Shown here in pieces: positions 27,634-40,799 of a stretch of DNA of 64,000 nt. Source of the stretch: Octopus vulgaris (Eukaryota); assembly GCA_951406725.2 (NCBI GenBank), contig OX597818.1:27094001-27158000 (forward strand), given 5' to 3'. The position numbers and the translations under genes were made by a program. Under the pieces are notes generated by a model. It saw nothing but the letters and a program-made list of their open reading frames with translations. It was not told the origin of the DNA and searched no databases. Each line of letters opens with the position of its first letter. The stretch's first letter is position 1.

Positions 27634-28180
27634 TTGTAACCTTATGGTTATAAACCATACTCACTCTCTGCTACATTCCATATTTAATTTAGTTTAATTA
27701 ATTAAGATTTCGTAGTTCCCTCTGTTTTTGCTGACAAGAAATAGACATGTAGATAATGATTGCTCTCATTCGTATGGGTATAATTTCACTGAAAAATTTC
27801 TTGCTTTAGTGCGCCAAGTATTCTAGAGCATAACAGTTCTTTACGGTTAAGTGCGAGTTGACAATGTAGCAAGTCAAAAATACTTTTTAGCTATAGTTTG
27901 TTTCAGAACTTTCTCAGCTCTAAACAATGAAATTTGGCATTATTGTACAACAAAGATACCATTGATTTAATTTCACTTTTGTATACACTCGTTCTTTAAA
28001 TATTCTATTACGAAGACACTTGCTTCTTGTAACGGAAGGCAGTGCCTACGTTAACAAAAGCATTCGACTGAAAACAAAATCCGACACGCAAATCTCTTAT
28101 GTTGTCGCTCTGAGTACAATTAAACACCCTTTTAAATCCCCTACAAGTTACACATTGTCTTAATATAGAGCACACTGTAT

Positions 28181-28582
28181 GGCGACGAGCTGGCAGAAAC
28201 GTTAGCACGCCGGGCGAAATGGTTAGTGGTATTTCGTCTGCCGCTACGTTCTGAGTTCAAATTCCGCCGAGGTTGACTTTGCCTTTCATCCTTTCGGGGT
28301 CGATTAAATAAGTACCAGATACGCTCTGGTGTCGACGTAATCGACTTAATCCGTTTGTCTGTCCTTGTTTGTCCTCTCTGTGCTTAGCCCCTTGTGGGTA
28401 GTAAAGAAATAGGTATTTCGTCTGTTTTTATGTTCTGAGTTCAAATTCCGCCGAGGTCGACTTTGCCTTTCATTCTTTTGGGATCGATAAATTAAGCACC
28501 AGTTGCGTACTAGGGTCGATCTAATCGACTGGCCCCCGCCTCCCACAAAATTTCAGGCCTTCTACCTAGAGTAGAAAAGAAT
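28181..28582 (+). mobile_element. tRNA-derived CORE-type SINE (family B)
   Basis: Same as 24111-24505 in the opposite orientation; more partial copies at 47765-48205, 48411-48503, 51784-51950, 60830-60990 and 61575-61730. Confidence 0.85.
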
Positions 28583-29148
28583 ATAGAGCACACTGCATAA
28601 TATAGTTTTAGATACATTTTCCTGAAAAGACAGCACGGGTAAATCTGGAAGTTGGGTCAGTGCTAACCCAGGGCTAAACAATAACAAAAATTCAACGCTA
28701 TGTTAGATTTTCTTTCGTTCATATGAAAACTCGACGATTACCGTCACTTTTACAAGGACCATGGTAAAGAACAAACTCATTCTCTAATGCTGAATTTTGC
28801 TTTAAGTCAAGAGTGTGTTTCTTAATGTAGACACAATATATTCCGTTAAAATGTATATGATCAAGAAGCTAGTGTCTTCGTATTACACAGTAAAGAAAAA
28901 AGTAATCGATAAAGTAAGTTAATCAATGAGACCTGCATTGTACATTGTCTGTGACTTTTCCTTATAGTTACAAAATTTCGATTGATATTTATTTATTTAT
29001 TTATTTATTTATTTTCAGTATGTGAGAAATAGTTAAGCTTTGTTTCGAAAAATAATTATCTCCCTTGAATTTTCTAAAGCACGCAGAAATCTCTGCGTTT
29101 TTTAAAATCAAGGGTTCGTGTAATCCTTACTTAGACATAGATCTAAAC

Positions 29149-29354
29149 CAGTGGTTCTCAACTATTTTTGCCTGTGGACCTCCATAGCCATTTGATGTTT
29201 AAAAAATTCTATTATATTTTTATAATATTATAAGGAACTGTATAAAGAGTTTAATATTTGTGTATTATAAAACCAATTCATTGCTTATAAATTTTAACAG
29301 CAAAATCTTATATGGATCCCCAAGGACCATATGGACACCAGTTGAGAACCAGTG
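29149..29354. mobile_element. hAT-type MITE
   Basis: TIRs CAGTGGTTCTCAAC / GTTGAGAACCAGTG and perfect 8-bp TSD ATCTAAAC (29141-29148, 29355-29362). Confidence 0.9.
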
Positions 29355-31956
29355 ATCTAAACTGTCATAGATAATTTAATTTCTTACACAGAAGATATTT
29401 AACTTGGCACTATAAGCCAACGAATCACACTTAAAATGCTGTGATCCATTTTCTGACCAGGATACAAATTCCCGACCTCTTGGCAACTCTGTTTCAGAGC
29501 CCTTACTGTATTATATGCAAGAGGGAAGGGATTAAACCGAAACTGTGATTTAAATGTTAGTTTAATCCCCCCCACCCGCTCTAATTGGAGAATCGGGTAA
29601 CAAGGTTCCTCTATCCTAGTACTTGTGTGTGAGGAGACGTCGTAGTAAAATGAATAAGCAGAGACAAAATGATTCTCCTCTTCAACATCCTGTATCTTTA
29701 ACCCGTTAGTGTTTAAACCGACCATATCTGGCCCATTTATTCCAACTGTCATATTTTCAAACTGGCCAGATTTGGCCTTTCACACTTGCCCTACAATGTC
29801 ATTTTAAAAACAAACAATCACTTCAATGAACTATCAAAGCTATTAAATAATTCATGATTAATTGAAAGCAATATGAATAAATAAGCATTACATTTGACTG
29901 AGTAATCGGAATGCTAGTGTTGACGCGACCTTGCTGTTTAACTTAAACCTAAAGATTACCAACATTATATTAGTATTACACATATACTAATAAAATGGGT
30001 GGATAAGAAAAAAATGCATGCATCCCCCGTGATACGGAAGAGTTGTGTTCATAATCTTGTCCGTAACGTGAAGTTCTGTAACGCGGACTGTACGTGCCCA
30101 TTAACTTTCAAGTCTGTGAAGACAGACTTCGCGTTGCGAGGCAAATTTTTTCAAGAACGAAACGCAGGGATGTTTGTAATATAGAAAAGTGGAAATATAA
30201 GACCACATAGCGCATACTAGAATACACAGTGCATATTATCTCCCTTACAATTGCATTCAGAGAAACGGACACATTTTTCTTTTAATATTAGAAAAACGAA
30301 ACGGAAATAAAAAGAAAAAATAGAAAAGAGGTGTTCTTGGGTTTATTGTGAATAAATCGTTTTCCTGCATAATGTTTTGTATGGTCAGTTATAAAAATTT
30401 AATTTTTCAAATAGTTTCAAAAATTAATAGACTAATAAATTAATGAACCTATGTTATTAATACACACCTACATATTCGGAATTTCTTTAAACAACCTGAA
30501 TTATATCTCCAAAGGAAAGTGTTAAAATGTTTTGTTAATACGTACATACATATATGCATGTATGTGTGTATGTATCGTAGTATATGTATGTATTTATGCA
30601 TATATTACCATCTTTTAGATTTTGATTTTAAATCCTAAGAGCAAACTCTGTCTTTAGCCCTTCTGAGATCGATAAAAGTTCCAGTGAAATACTGGGGTGC
30701 ATTTAATAAATCCGGCAAAGCATCCTAGAGGTGAACTGAATTGTTATTTTCTTGGTTTTTGACTCTTCAATTTTTTTACATTATACAATCAAAGGATTCA
30801 ACCAAAATATTTTTGATTGAAGGAGAAATCTTAAATATGAAAGAAAACAAATCTAAAACAAAAGTGGATTTACTGGGGGAAACTGAAAGTCAAATTTTCT
30901 ATCCTGTAGCCACTGTTTATACTTTAATTTGAATTACCTGCTTCTTTTACAAATTGGGACATCAACACTTTGACTATACATTTCATAATAAAATTATCTT
31001 TATTTAGAAAGGCACATCAAGTAATAGTATGCATTTATATATGTACAACGTGATCTCATATGATATGAACTATTTTGATTTCCACGAAAATTCACCAATT
31101 ATAGACATTTTGAGGTCAAAAAGAGACACAGTAGGGAGAGAGAATCAGTGAGAGAGTGTGAGAGAAAGACAATGAGAATGCGAGAGATAAAGAGGTGAAT
31201 AATGAGGCAGTCAAAGAAAAAAAAGAAAAAAGAAAAGAAAGAGTGAACACATTGACAGAAATAAATGAAGAATTAATTAGAACAAAAGTAATTGGCTCAA
31301 AAATTAAAAGCATTTCTGAACTGTATCACCACTCAACATTTATAGGACCTATTAATATATTTACAAAAAACACTTGAATTTACAGTATTAAAATGTTAGT
31401 TATATCAATCATTAGTGAGAGTAAAGTTACACTAAGTCAGTTTAATCAGGTGTGGGTAGAGTTAAGGAATTATTTTAATTCCCAAATAATCCTATAGTTA
31501 CTAGTTTTCATATTTATTATTTCCAGTGGTGTGACAGTGGTCGATTTATGTGTGTGTGTGTGGGTTTGCGTGTGCGTATGTGCGTGTGCTTGTATGCATG
31601 TTATAGCAATATATTTTATATATTACTCATATATAGATGAATACCTACCTATACATATATATAAAATATAAATTAGAGATAAAACCACTATTGAGATCTA
31701 GTTATTAGTTATATAATAAAAAAAAGTAATAAATAAATAAGTAAATAAAAAATAAATAAATAAAATAATATATATATATAGATAGATAGATATATTATTT
31801 GTTATTTATGTATTAGTTTATGTCTATCACTGTCTGAGTTGCATAATAGTGGTTTTATCTCTAATTTATATTTTATATATTTATACTGTGAAATTTGATT
31901 TAATACTAAATTGAAATTTTCCCTGTAAGTTTGGAGTTATACTCCCTAATATTAAT

Positions 31957-32415
31957 CTCTCGCTCAGAGTAAAAGGCAGACTGTATGATGCATGTGTCGG
32001 TGGCACGTAAAAGCACCATCCGTTCACGTCCGTTGCCAGCCTCGGCTGGCCCCCGTGCCGGTGACACGTAAAAGCACCGTCCGCTCGTGGCCGTTTGCCA
32101 GCTCTGTCTGGCCCCGTGTCGGTGGCACGTAAAAGCACCATCCGTTCGTGTCCATTGCCAGCATCGCCTGGCCCCGTGCCGGTGACATGTAAAAGCACCA
32201 TCCGTTCGTGGCCGTTCGCCAGCTCTGTCTGGCACCTGTGCAGGTGGCACGTAAAAAACACCCACTACACTCACGGAGTGGTTGGCGTTAGGAAGGGCAT
32301 CCAGCCGTAGAAACACTGCCAGATCTGACTGGGCCTGACGAAGCCTTCCAGCTTCACAGACCCCAGTTGACCTGTCCAACCCATGCTAGCATGGAAAGCG
32401 GACGCTAAATGATGA

Positions 32416-32420
<5 letters not shown>
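31957..32420 (+). mobile_element. Internally deleted RTE-LINE 3' end with ~61-bp tandem repeats
   Basis: LRVKGRLYDACV codons fused to four copies of CGGTG(G/A)CAC(G)TAAAAGCACC.TCCG.TC..G.CC.TTGCCAGC, then 3' UTR and (GAT)n. Confidence 0.8.
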
Positions 32421-32465
<45 letters not shown>

Positions 32466-33010
32466 TGTTGTACTTTGGGATGGTCATTTTATTTATTATT
32501 ATTTTTCTTTCCAAATAAACACATGCACTATATATATTTCCCCCTTCACTCGTTTATTACTGTTATTTCATTATTTTAACGCTTGTCCATTGTCCGGAAA
32601 TTTTTCATTTCCGTGTGTGTTTTTGTTCCACTTCTTGAGAATGGAGTGAGTAGAGCAAAAACAAAAAGGGGGAAGAAAAAAAAATAGTGTGTGTGTTTAT
32701 TTGGCAAAAAAAAAAAATAAAATGATCGTCCTGAAGTACAACAATATCTGTTTCAACACACGATTTCACATCAGGAATCTTGCAAAAAGAATTGATAAAT
32801 ACACACACATACACACACACACAGACGTCATTTGTAAAAAATTGTAAATCTGAAAGGAGAAGCACACTCTAAGATGTAGAGCAGTATATATTAAAAATGG
32901 GGAAAGCCGGTTTATGGGATTACCTTAGGTTTCCTGTCCATAAAGGGTTTAGCTTTATTGTGTATCATCAGATCCCAAAAACCTGTTGGCCCATGACCTC
33001 TTAAAAATGG

Positions 33011-33170
33011 AACTATGGAATCAGATCGAGGAAACACCCATCCAAAATGAAGGACCTTGAACCCTTCGAAGCAGACCTACTGTGTATCATTCCCAAGCTG
33101 AAATTCCATAAGTCCTCTTCCCTCTTCCAACACAAGCTCTGGGCTGACATTAGATTGTTAAAAAACTCAG
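33011..33170 (+). mobile_element. Penelope-like element ORF, N-terminal fragment (putative)
   Basis: Translation NYGIRSRKHPSKMKDLEPFEADLLCIIPKLKFHKSSSLFQHKLWADIRLLKNSD resembles the YGF.S...P....L..FE.DL...I....F......FQ..L..DI region upstream of the DK motif in some PLE RTs; pattern recall only. Confidence 0.5.
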
Positions 33171-33418
33171 ACAAGGTTTCTACAGCTGGATGCACTTCCT
33201 AACACCAACCACTCCAAGAGTGTAGTGGGTGCCTTTTATGTGTCACCGGCATGCAAGCCAGTCAGGTGGCACTGGCATCAACTATGTTCAGATGGTGCTT
33301 TTTAGGTGCCACCAGCATATATATATAAAGCACCCACTACACTCACGGAGTGGTTGGCGTTAGGAAGGGCATCCAGCTGTAGAAACACTGCCAGATCAGA
33401 CTGGGCCTGGTGCAGCCT

Positions 33419-33514
<96 letters not shown>

Positions 33515-33559
33515 TACACACACATATATATACATGCATATATACAAGGGACCAAAAAA

Positions 33560-34188
33560 CTTAAGGGAGTCATTTATCTTCAGCCGACTGCACTACTGCT
33601 CTCAGCTATGGTCACCTTATACTACAAGGGTGAAAGGGTGATAGCAGAGCTTGAAGCAGTCCAATGACATTACACAAAGAAATTTGCATCAATGGAACGA
33701 CTGGGACAGATTGAAAGAGCTATGACTCTATTCTTTGGAATGAAGCCAGGAAAGGTATGCAGTGATATATATATATATGGAAGATACTGGAAGGACTGGT
33801 ACCAAACTTTGGGTTAAAGAGCTATACCAGTCCACGAACAGGTTGTTACTGTGCTGTCCCCTCTGTACCGACTACTTCATCTTGGGCAAGGATGATGTAC
33901 TGCAATAGCTTGGGTTTCAAGGGCCCACAGCTGTTTAATTGTCTGCCAAAGCATCTGAGGAGCCTACATGGAGTGGATGTAGACGTTTCAAATATGAACT
34001 TGACCTCTGGCTCACCGAGATCCCAAATGAGCCAATATCTAGGCAGGAAACTCAAAAGAGGGCAATAACATCAAACTCTATCCTTCACCAAAAGCCACTC
34101 CAACAAAGGTGGAGAGTAGAAAGATGATCACAATGGCTGTGCTCCAGCATGGCCACAGTCACTGGACTGAAACACATAAAAGAATAAA
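33560..34188 (+). mobile_element. CR1/L2-clade LINE 3' end
   Basis: [16 protein letters not shown]...LEAVQ*HYTKK...WDRLKEL*LYSLE...WKILEGLVPNFG, then 3' tail ending AAAAGAATAAA. Confidence 0.8.
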
Positions 34189-34395
34189 CACATATGTATA
34201 TATACATATACATATATGTATATACATGTATACATACATATATAGATGTAAATCTCTATATATACATCTATACACATACATCTATATATATACATGCATA
34301 CATATATTTATACACACATATACATACATTTGTACATACTCATGTATCTACATACATATATTCATATATATACATATAAATCTATCTATATATAT

Positions 34396-34600
34396 AAAGT
34401 TAATCCAAACAAGAAAGCACAAAAAAACACAATAACGCGAGGATGTGGAACAAATATAGTATTATTGGACACTCAGGAAAGAAGGAGGGTTTAACGTTTC
34501 GAGCGGAGCTCTTCGTCGGAAACATAGGATAGGGAAAGATCCAGAGAAGGGAAGACAGAGAAAAAAAAAATCGCCAACGGTACATACGCAGTCACATTTT
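34396..34600 (-). mobile_element. Solo Penelope-type pseudo-LTR (family X) with hammerhead-like motif at 34489-34523
   Basis: Reverse complement of 52787-52980 and similar to 57225-57395; lies within TA-rich microsatellite. Confidence 0.8.
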
Positions 34601-36344
34601 GAATATATATCTATATATAGATATATATTTACAAATCTATACATATACATATATACATATGCATGTATACATATACATCTATGCATATACATCTATATAT
34701 ATATATACATATATATATATACGTATATATGTAGTGTTGAGCACTCATTTTCAGCATTTGACACTTATGTATATATACATACTAGTCATGTGGCTGTAAG
34801 ACCTGCACTGTGTAAGCATTCAACTTGTTTGGGCACGTTTACATTAAAAAACAATTTTAGAATGACTTATTTCTGTCAAACTGCAAAAAACAACTGACCA
34901 AGAAAAAAACAACCAATGAAGATGCAACCAAATCAAAAAATAAACCCAAATACTAAGCGAACAAAGAGGCAAAACAACAGAAACAAACAGAAAAATAAAA
35001 CAAAAAATACTACCAAGTATGACATCACCCCTTCCCTCTTTATTTATCTATCACCCATTCCTTTCTCATTCATAAATACAAGAGTATTATTATAGTAGAT
35101 AATCTTGGTAACCATGGGAGCTATGAAAAAAATACAAAGCCCAGCTACACCACCAGATCATTCTACAAATCTGTGTAATTTTTTGTGCAATTCCACCAAG
35201 TTTGACCATGAATTCCAAGACAAGAAAGAATCGACCATGTCAAATGTCAAATTTATATATATATATGTATTTCTTATCTCTTATCTCTTATGATAATCTT
35301 ATGATAAAAGGCAGATTTTCTCTGCCTGTTCCCATGTTTCTTTTTAATACAATTCTACAATATAGAATTTCTTCAATTGGAATTTACCTATGATTTTTCC
35401 AAGTAGATTCGATTGGGTCATGGCATGTAAATTTTTTCAATTTGACCCCCAATTGAGCAAAAATTCGAGAAAACTCAATATTTTACGATTTGCCTCTCTC
35501 ATTTCAAGTGGTTTACTCCTGCTATTACCACCACACTTTCTCCTACTTTCTCTTTGCAAGTGTGAAACTATTAAAGCGAAAGTATTATATAACAGGGATG
35601 AGCCATTAATACTGGTCATCCTCTTTGCTAGAGGAAGATCCGCTATGGTCTTATATGCTACATCACTGGTTTTCAATTCATATTAATCAAATTAATATTA
35701 AATTTTTAACCCTTATTATGTGTGTGTGTATTAGCAATTCGTATAAAATTGCATCAATGACTTGAACTTGAATAAGTGGTTTCACATAAATGGGGATAAA
35801 TTAAAAAGGTTTGTTATTATTATTACTGTTTGACTATTGTAATCACGTTTGTTGCTTCCTTGTCAGGGAAACGTTGTTGTGTTGCATTTGTTAAATAATT
35901 GTAAACCGTAACCCTCCCCCCTTGGTTATTGTTTAAAAATTGAATTGTGTCCCTGTTTGGGAAAATTGACAATATTTTCACAGTCTTTACGGAAGCATTT
36001 TTGTTAAAATGCCTTCGATAGAAGAAAGTCCAAAAATGAATTTCGCTGCAGCCGTACACTTCTATACAAGAGGGAGGACAAGATCCAATTGATCAAAATT
36101 GCAAGAGACGGGCCTACAATTCCAGTCTGTTATATATTTTGAGTATTGTTATCACTAGCGATATCAAGATATAACTTTGTATTTTGTATTTTATGTGTAG
36201 ATGTATATATATAGATGTACATGTAATATGTACACATATATATATACACATATATACATGCATAATATATCTACCCATACACACATACACACACACACAC
36301 ACACACATACATAGGGGCAGGTGTGGCTGTGTGGTAACAAAGTA

Positions 36345-38671
36345 CGTTCGAAGATACTGTACTTGATATGGGCGGTAGTGCCTTGCCAGTCTATGGCCTA
36401 CCTTCAACAAACCGGGAAGGCACAAACACTCTGTCTTCACATTTGCTGCGTGAGACATGTTTTAATGTTGACGAGCTTGCCGAGTACATAGCCGACAATG
36501 AGCCAAAGCTCCTTCCAGAACAGAAGTTCGCTTACAACTCCGTTGTTAATTCAGTCCAGGCCAAAGCTGGGGGGATTTTTTTCCTGGACGCTCCTGGGGG
36601 CACTGGGAAAACTTTTGTCAACAAATTAATATTGGCTGAGATTAGGTGAACACAAGGCATTGCCCTAGCTGTGCCATCATTTGGAATTGCGGCTACTTTG
36701 TTGCCAGGTGGCAGGACAGCTCACTCCACTTTCAAGCTCCCGCTTCACTTAGCGAAGACTGAGACACCAACTTGCAACATCAGTAACAGCTCCGATCAGG
36801 CAGAAGTCTTCAGATGATGCAAGCTTATCGTTTGAGATGAATGCACGATGGCCCACAGAGGTGCTCTTGAGGCACTAGATAGATCTCTCAGAGACATCAA
36901 ACACTCTTCAGCTCCCATGGGAGGCATAACACTTCTTCTTTCAGGGGACTTCCGACAAACACTTCCCGTTATTCCCAAAGGGACTAGAGCTGATGCAGTA
37001 AGTGCGTGTCTTAAGTCATCCACATTGTGGCCACTGGTGAAGACTCTCAAACTTCACACCAATACGCGTGCTCATATGCGACGTGATATCACATCAGCAG
37101 CATTTTTTCACACCCTCCTTGCACTTGGCGAAGGCAAAATACCAGGGGATGAAAATGGTTATATTGCCATCGATTCCATTTGTACCATTGTTAAAACGCC
37201 TTCTGATCTCAGAGATGCAGTGTTCCCAGATCTACAAGCTAATTATCAGAATATGGATTGGATTGGCCAAAGGGCTATTCTGGCCCCGAGGAATAAAACT
37301 GTTCACCATATTAATGATGAAATGCTAAAACTCATTCCTGAGGAAGTCTATGTATATAAGTCTATCGATACAACTCCTGACCCAGAAGACGTCATCAACT
37401 ATCCAATAGAGGTACTCAATTCCTTTGAGCCCGGACTACCACCACACCTTCTCAAACTTAAAGTTGGTGCCCCTATAATGCTCATTAGAAATTTGGTTCC
37501 CCCAAAACAATGCAATGGCACACGTTTGATCATTAAGTCCTTATCTCCCAATCTGATTGAGGCCACCATTATCACAGGATGCATCTTTTCCCATCAGGAG
37601 CAAACCTACCTTTCATATTTCAGAGGTCCCAGTTCTGAGTAAGGCCATGTTTCGCAATGTCAATTAACAAAGCGCAGGGTCAAACACTGTCTGTGGCGGG
37701 AATACATTTGGGAGAGCCATGTTTCTCTCATGGTCAGCTTTATGTTGCTTGCTCGTGTGTCGGCAGCAACAGTGATGCTTTCGCATTCGTTCCACAACGA
37801 AAAACAAAAAAACATTGTGTACAAGGAGGTTTTATAGGATTACGTTTCATCATTTTCGAACACGTTAGTATTTCACTTACATATGACTCTCTTTTATGAT
37901 GGCATTTACATTTTTAGGCGTTTCATGACATTAATTCACACTTAACCAACACCTGTCCTTTGCTCACCTCTATTTCTATCCATTCATCATCAAACCACCA
38001 GCCTCATCTTCTATATCCAACATACATGACACATCTACCCCCTACATCTATACTCTCACTGTTAAAGTTTACATAAGTGACAACACGATCGCAACATACA
38101 CTTTGGAAACTAAGCAACAGATCATTTTATACAACAAATTTAATCATAACGCCCATCAATGAAAACATCTCATCTACTGTGTTGTGATTCATCTATTCAG
38201 CACCACTACAGTCTTGCCGGTCTGACATATGGTGAGTAGATGCTATTGTTCTATATTTTATAAATTACCCATATTTACTTACCCATGGTTCATTCCCCTC
38301 TTGCCTACATAGGGCATCCATACTCTTTTAACACAGCATGAAGTTTTGTAACAGCACATCCGCTGCCATTCTTGGAAAACGAAGAGACCCTATTCACCTG
38401 TGAACATTTTACACTGCCTTCCATGACTATCAAATTCTTACAATTATGAGAACAATAACATGGCTCTTTTCAAGGCAACCTCGCATTCAATTCTTACACC
38501 ATTCTACGAGGGGGTAGGAACCCCTTTACACGGCTTTCTATACACTTACAAATACATTCATTCGCCGTAAACTTATATCAATATTGCCTGAATAATCATC
38601 ATAATTCAGTGCAATCATTAACAGTACTTTCAAGCAATTCAACCCCGAGCATCGCCGGGCAATTCTGCTAG
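36345..38671 (+). mobile_element. Helitron, 5'-truncated, intact 3' terminus
   Basis: PIF1 helicase relic plus subterminal hairpin CCCG-AGCATCGC-CGGG (38644-38659) and terminal CTAG (38668-38671) followed by T. Confidence 0.9.
36368..37850 (+). pseudogene. Helitron PIF1-family DNA helicase (stops and frameshifts)
   Basis: FFLDAPGGTGKTF (Walker A), IV*DECTMAH, SGDFRQTLPV, LKLKVGAPIMLIRNL..CNGTRL, MSINKAQGQTL, FSHGQLYVACS. Confidence 0.93.
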
Positions 38672-38725
38672 TGTATGTATATATATAGTAAGTGCTTGTG
38701 CCTCCTAATAGAGAGGGATATATAT

Positions 38726-39966
38726 ATTTATAATATTTTGAGGCAGGGATTGAAAGACAGTGTATGACCAATTAGTTTATTGAGAATCATGAGAATTTAT
38801 TTGACACAAGAAAATTTACATTGTAGAAAATGTTTTTATTCTATGTGTCATCCTTCTTTCTCAATAACTGCCTTCACACGCTTCCTGAAACTTGCACAAG
38901 TGTTCCTCAAATATTCAGGAGACAACTTCCCCCATTCTTCTTTAATAGTATCTTTCAGAGAGTCGACATTGCTGTGTGATGTTCTATTGGTAGCATTTTC
39001 TAAAACGCTCCAAATAGCATAATCCAGAGGGTTTAGATCTGGGCTGGAAGGTGGCCATAAACATGATTCCAAAGAATTGCTAAAGTTGGATTTGCAGAAA
39101 TCTGGTATTTTTCTAGCTGTGTGGGCTGGAGCACCATCCTGTGTCCATAGATAATTACCATCTGGGTAGTTTGCTTTAAGCCATGGCAATACCTGGTATC
39201 TCAGAGTCTTGTAGTAAGTATTAACATTGATCTTTTCATCAGCTTTGTAGAATTTTATAGGCATTTTCTTTCCGTCGGAAGCCACAACACCAAAAGCCAT
39301 AACTTGAGCAGGATGTTTTATTTTGAATGTCCCCTCAACCTCAGCTGTCGATTTTGCGATAAATCTGTAATTTCTGCGGTTCAGAACAGCATCGACAGTG
39401 AAGATCTTTCCATCTGAAAAGATTGTTACAATGGAGGATTTTTTCTTGAACCATGTAATAATTTTCTTGTACCTTTCCAATCTCTTTTCCTTCATAGCTG
39501 TTGTCAACAAGTATTTTGGTGTTCTTGTGCAAGATTTTAACCTCAAATCATATTTTACTGCATTTCTAATTGTCTTGTTGTCTACCTCAAGTTCAATTGC
39601 CATTTTCTTATGGATTTGGTTGGATCCTTTAGGATTTTGGATTTGAGAGCTTTAATAAAAGCTTTGGTACGTTTTTTGTTGATTCCTCCATTTCCAGACA
39701 TCCTCGTAATAGTTTTGCTCATAGTCATTCTATTCTTTACATTATAAACAGTCTTTATGAACACTCCAACTATTCTTGAAATCTCCTTTGGAGTGATGAG
39801 TGCATTCAGCAAATCACACACTCTTTGACGTTTGCTTTCCTGATTACTCATATGGGCAAAAGTTTCTGAAAAGGTAAGGATAATAGTGTTAGGCATGATT
39901 ATGACATCAATATATGCTGAGAAAAAACAACTTAACTTTCATTGTAAATTTTGCTTCCCCACCCTG
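38726..39966 (-). mobile_element. Tc1/mariner DNA transposon, maT (DD37D) type, one frameshift
   Basis: ORFs 39582-39896 and 38848-39603: IFSD...WTQDGAPAH-(37 aa)-SPDLNPLDY; TIR CAGGGTGGGGAAGCAAAATTTACAAT next to TA at 39967; other TIR eroded. Confidence 0.92.
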
Positions 39967-39982
39967 TATATATATATATATA

Positions 39983-40342
39983 CTCTTTTACTCTTTTACT
40001 TGTTTCAGTCATTTGACTGCGGCCATGCTGGAGCACCACCTTTAGTCGAGCAAATTGACCCCGGGACTTATTCTTTGTAAGCCCAGTACTTATTCTATCG
40101 GTCTCTTTTGCCGAACCGCTAAGTGACGGGGACGTAAACACACCAGCATCGGTTGTCAAGCAATGCTAGGGGGACACACAAACACACACACACATACATA
40201 TATATATATACATATATATGACAGGCTTCTTTCAGTTTCCGTCTACCAAATCCACTCACAAGGCATTGGTCGGCCTGGGGCTATAGCAGAAGACACTTGC
40301 CCAAGATGCCATGCTGCGGGACTGAACCCGGAACCATGTGGT
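39983..40342 (-). mobile_element. tRNA-derived SINE (family A), 5'-truncated
   Basis: Highly similar to 6389-6815. Confidence 0.85.
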
Positions 40343-40385
40343 ATATATATATACATACATATATACATATATATATGTATATATG

Positions 40386-40445
<60 letters not shown>

Positions 40446-40799
40446 CCAACCAGTGTCAGCATGGAAAGCATGGATGTTAAAATATGATGATGATGTATAT
40501 ATTACATGTAGGTACAAGGCATAAGTTGAAAACAGTGCTAAGGGATGAGAGTGACTTATGATTTATGGCAAGCATGGGTGACTATTTTTTGAGAAGTATG
40601 TCACATGAAACATAGCTCATGATCAGGAGGGCCATACTACTGAAAAAAATGAATGGTAATTTTTCATAAGGTGTGCCATTCAGAAAAATCTTACAGGGCA
40701 CGGTTTGCCTGTGACTGGTCTCTGGTGTCTATATATCCATATATCACTTGTATCTATACACTTACACACACATTCATATGCATATATTAACATACATAT

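Noticed and set aside
28181-28270. tRNA-like sequences with A/B boxes
   Set aside because: They are SINE heads followed by SINE bodies, not complete cloverleaf tRNA genes
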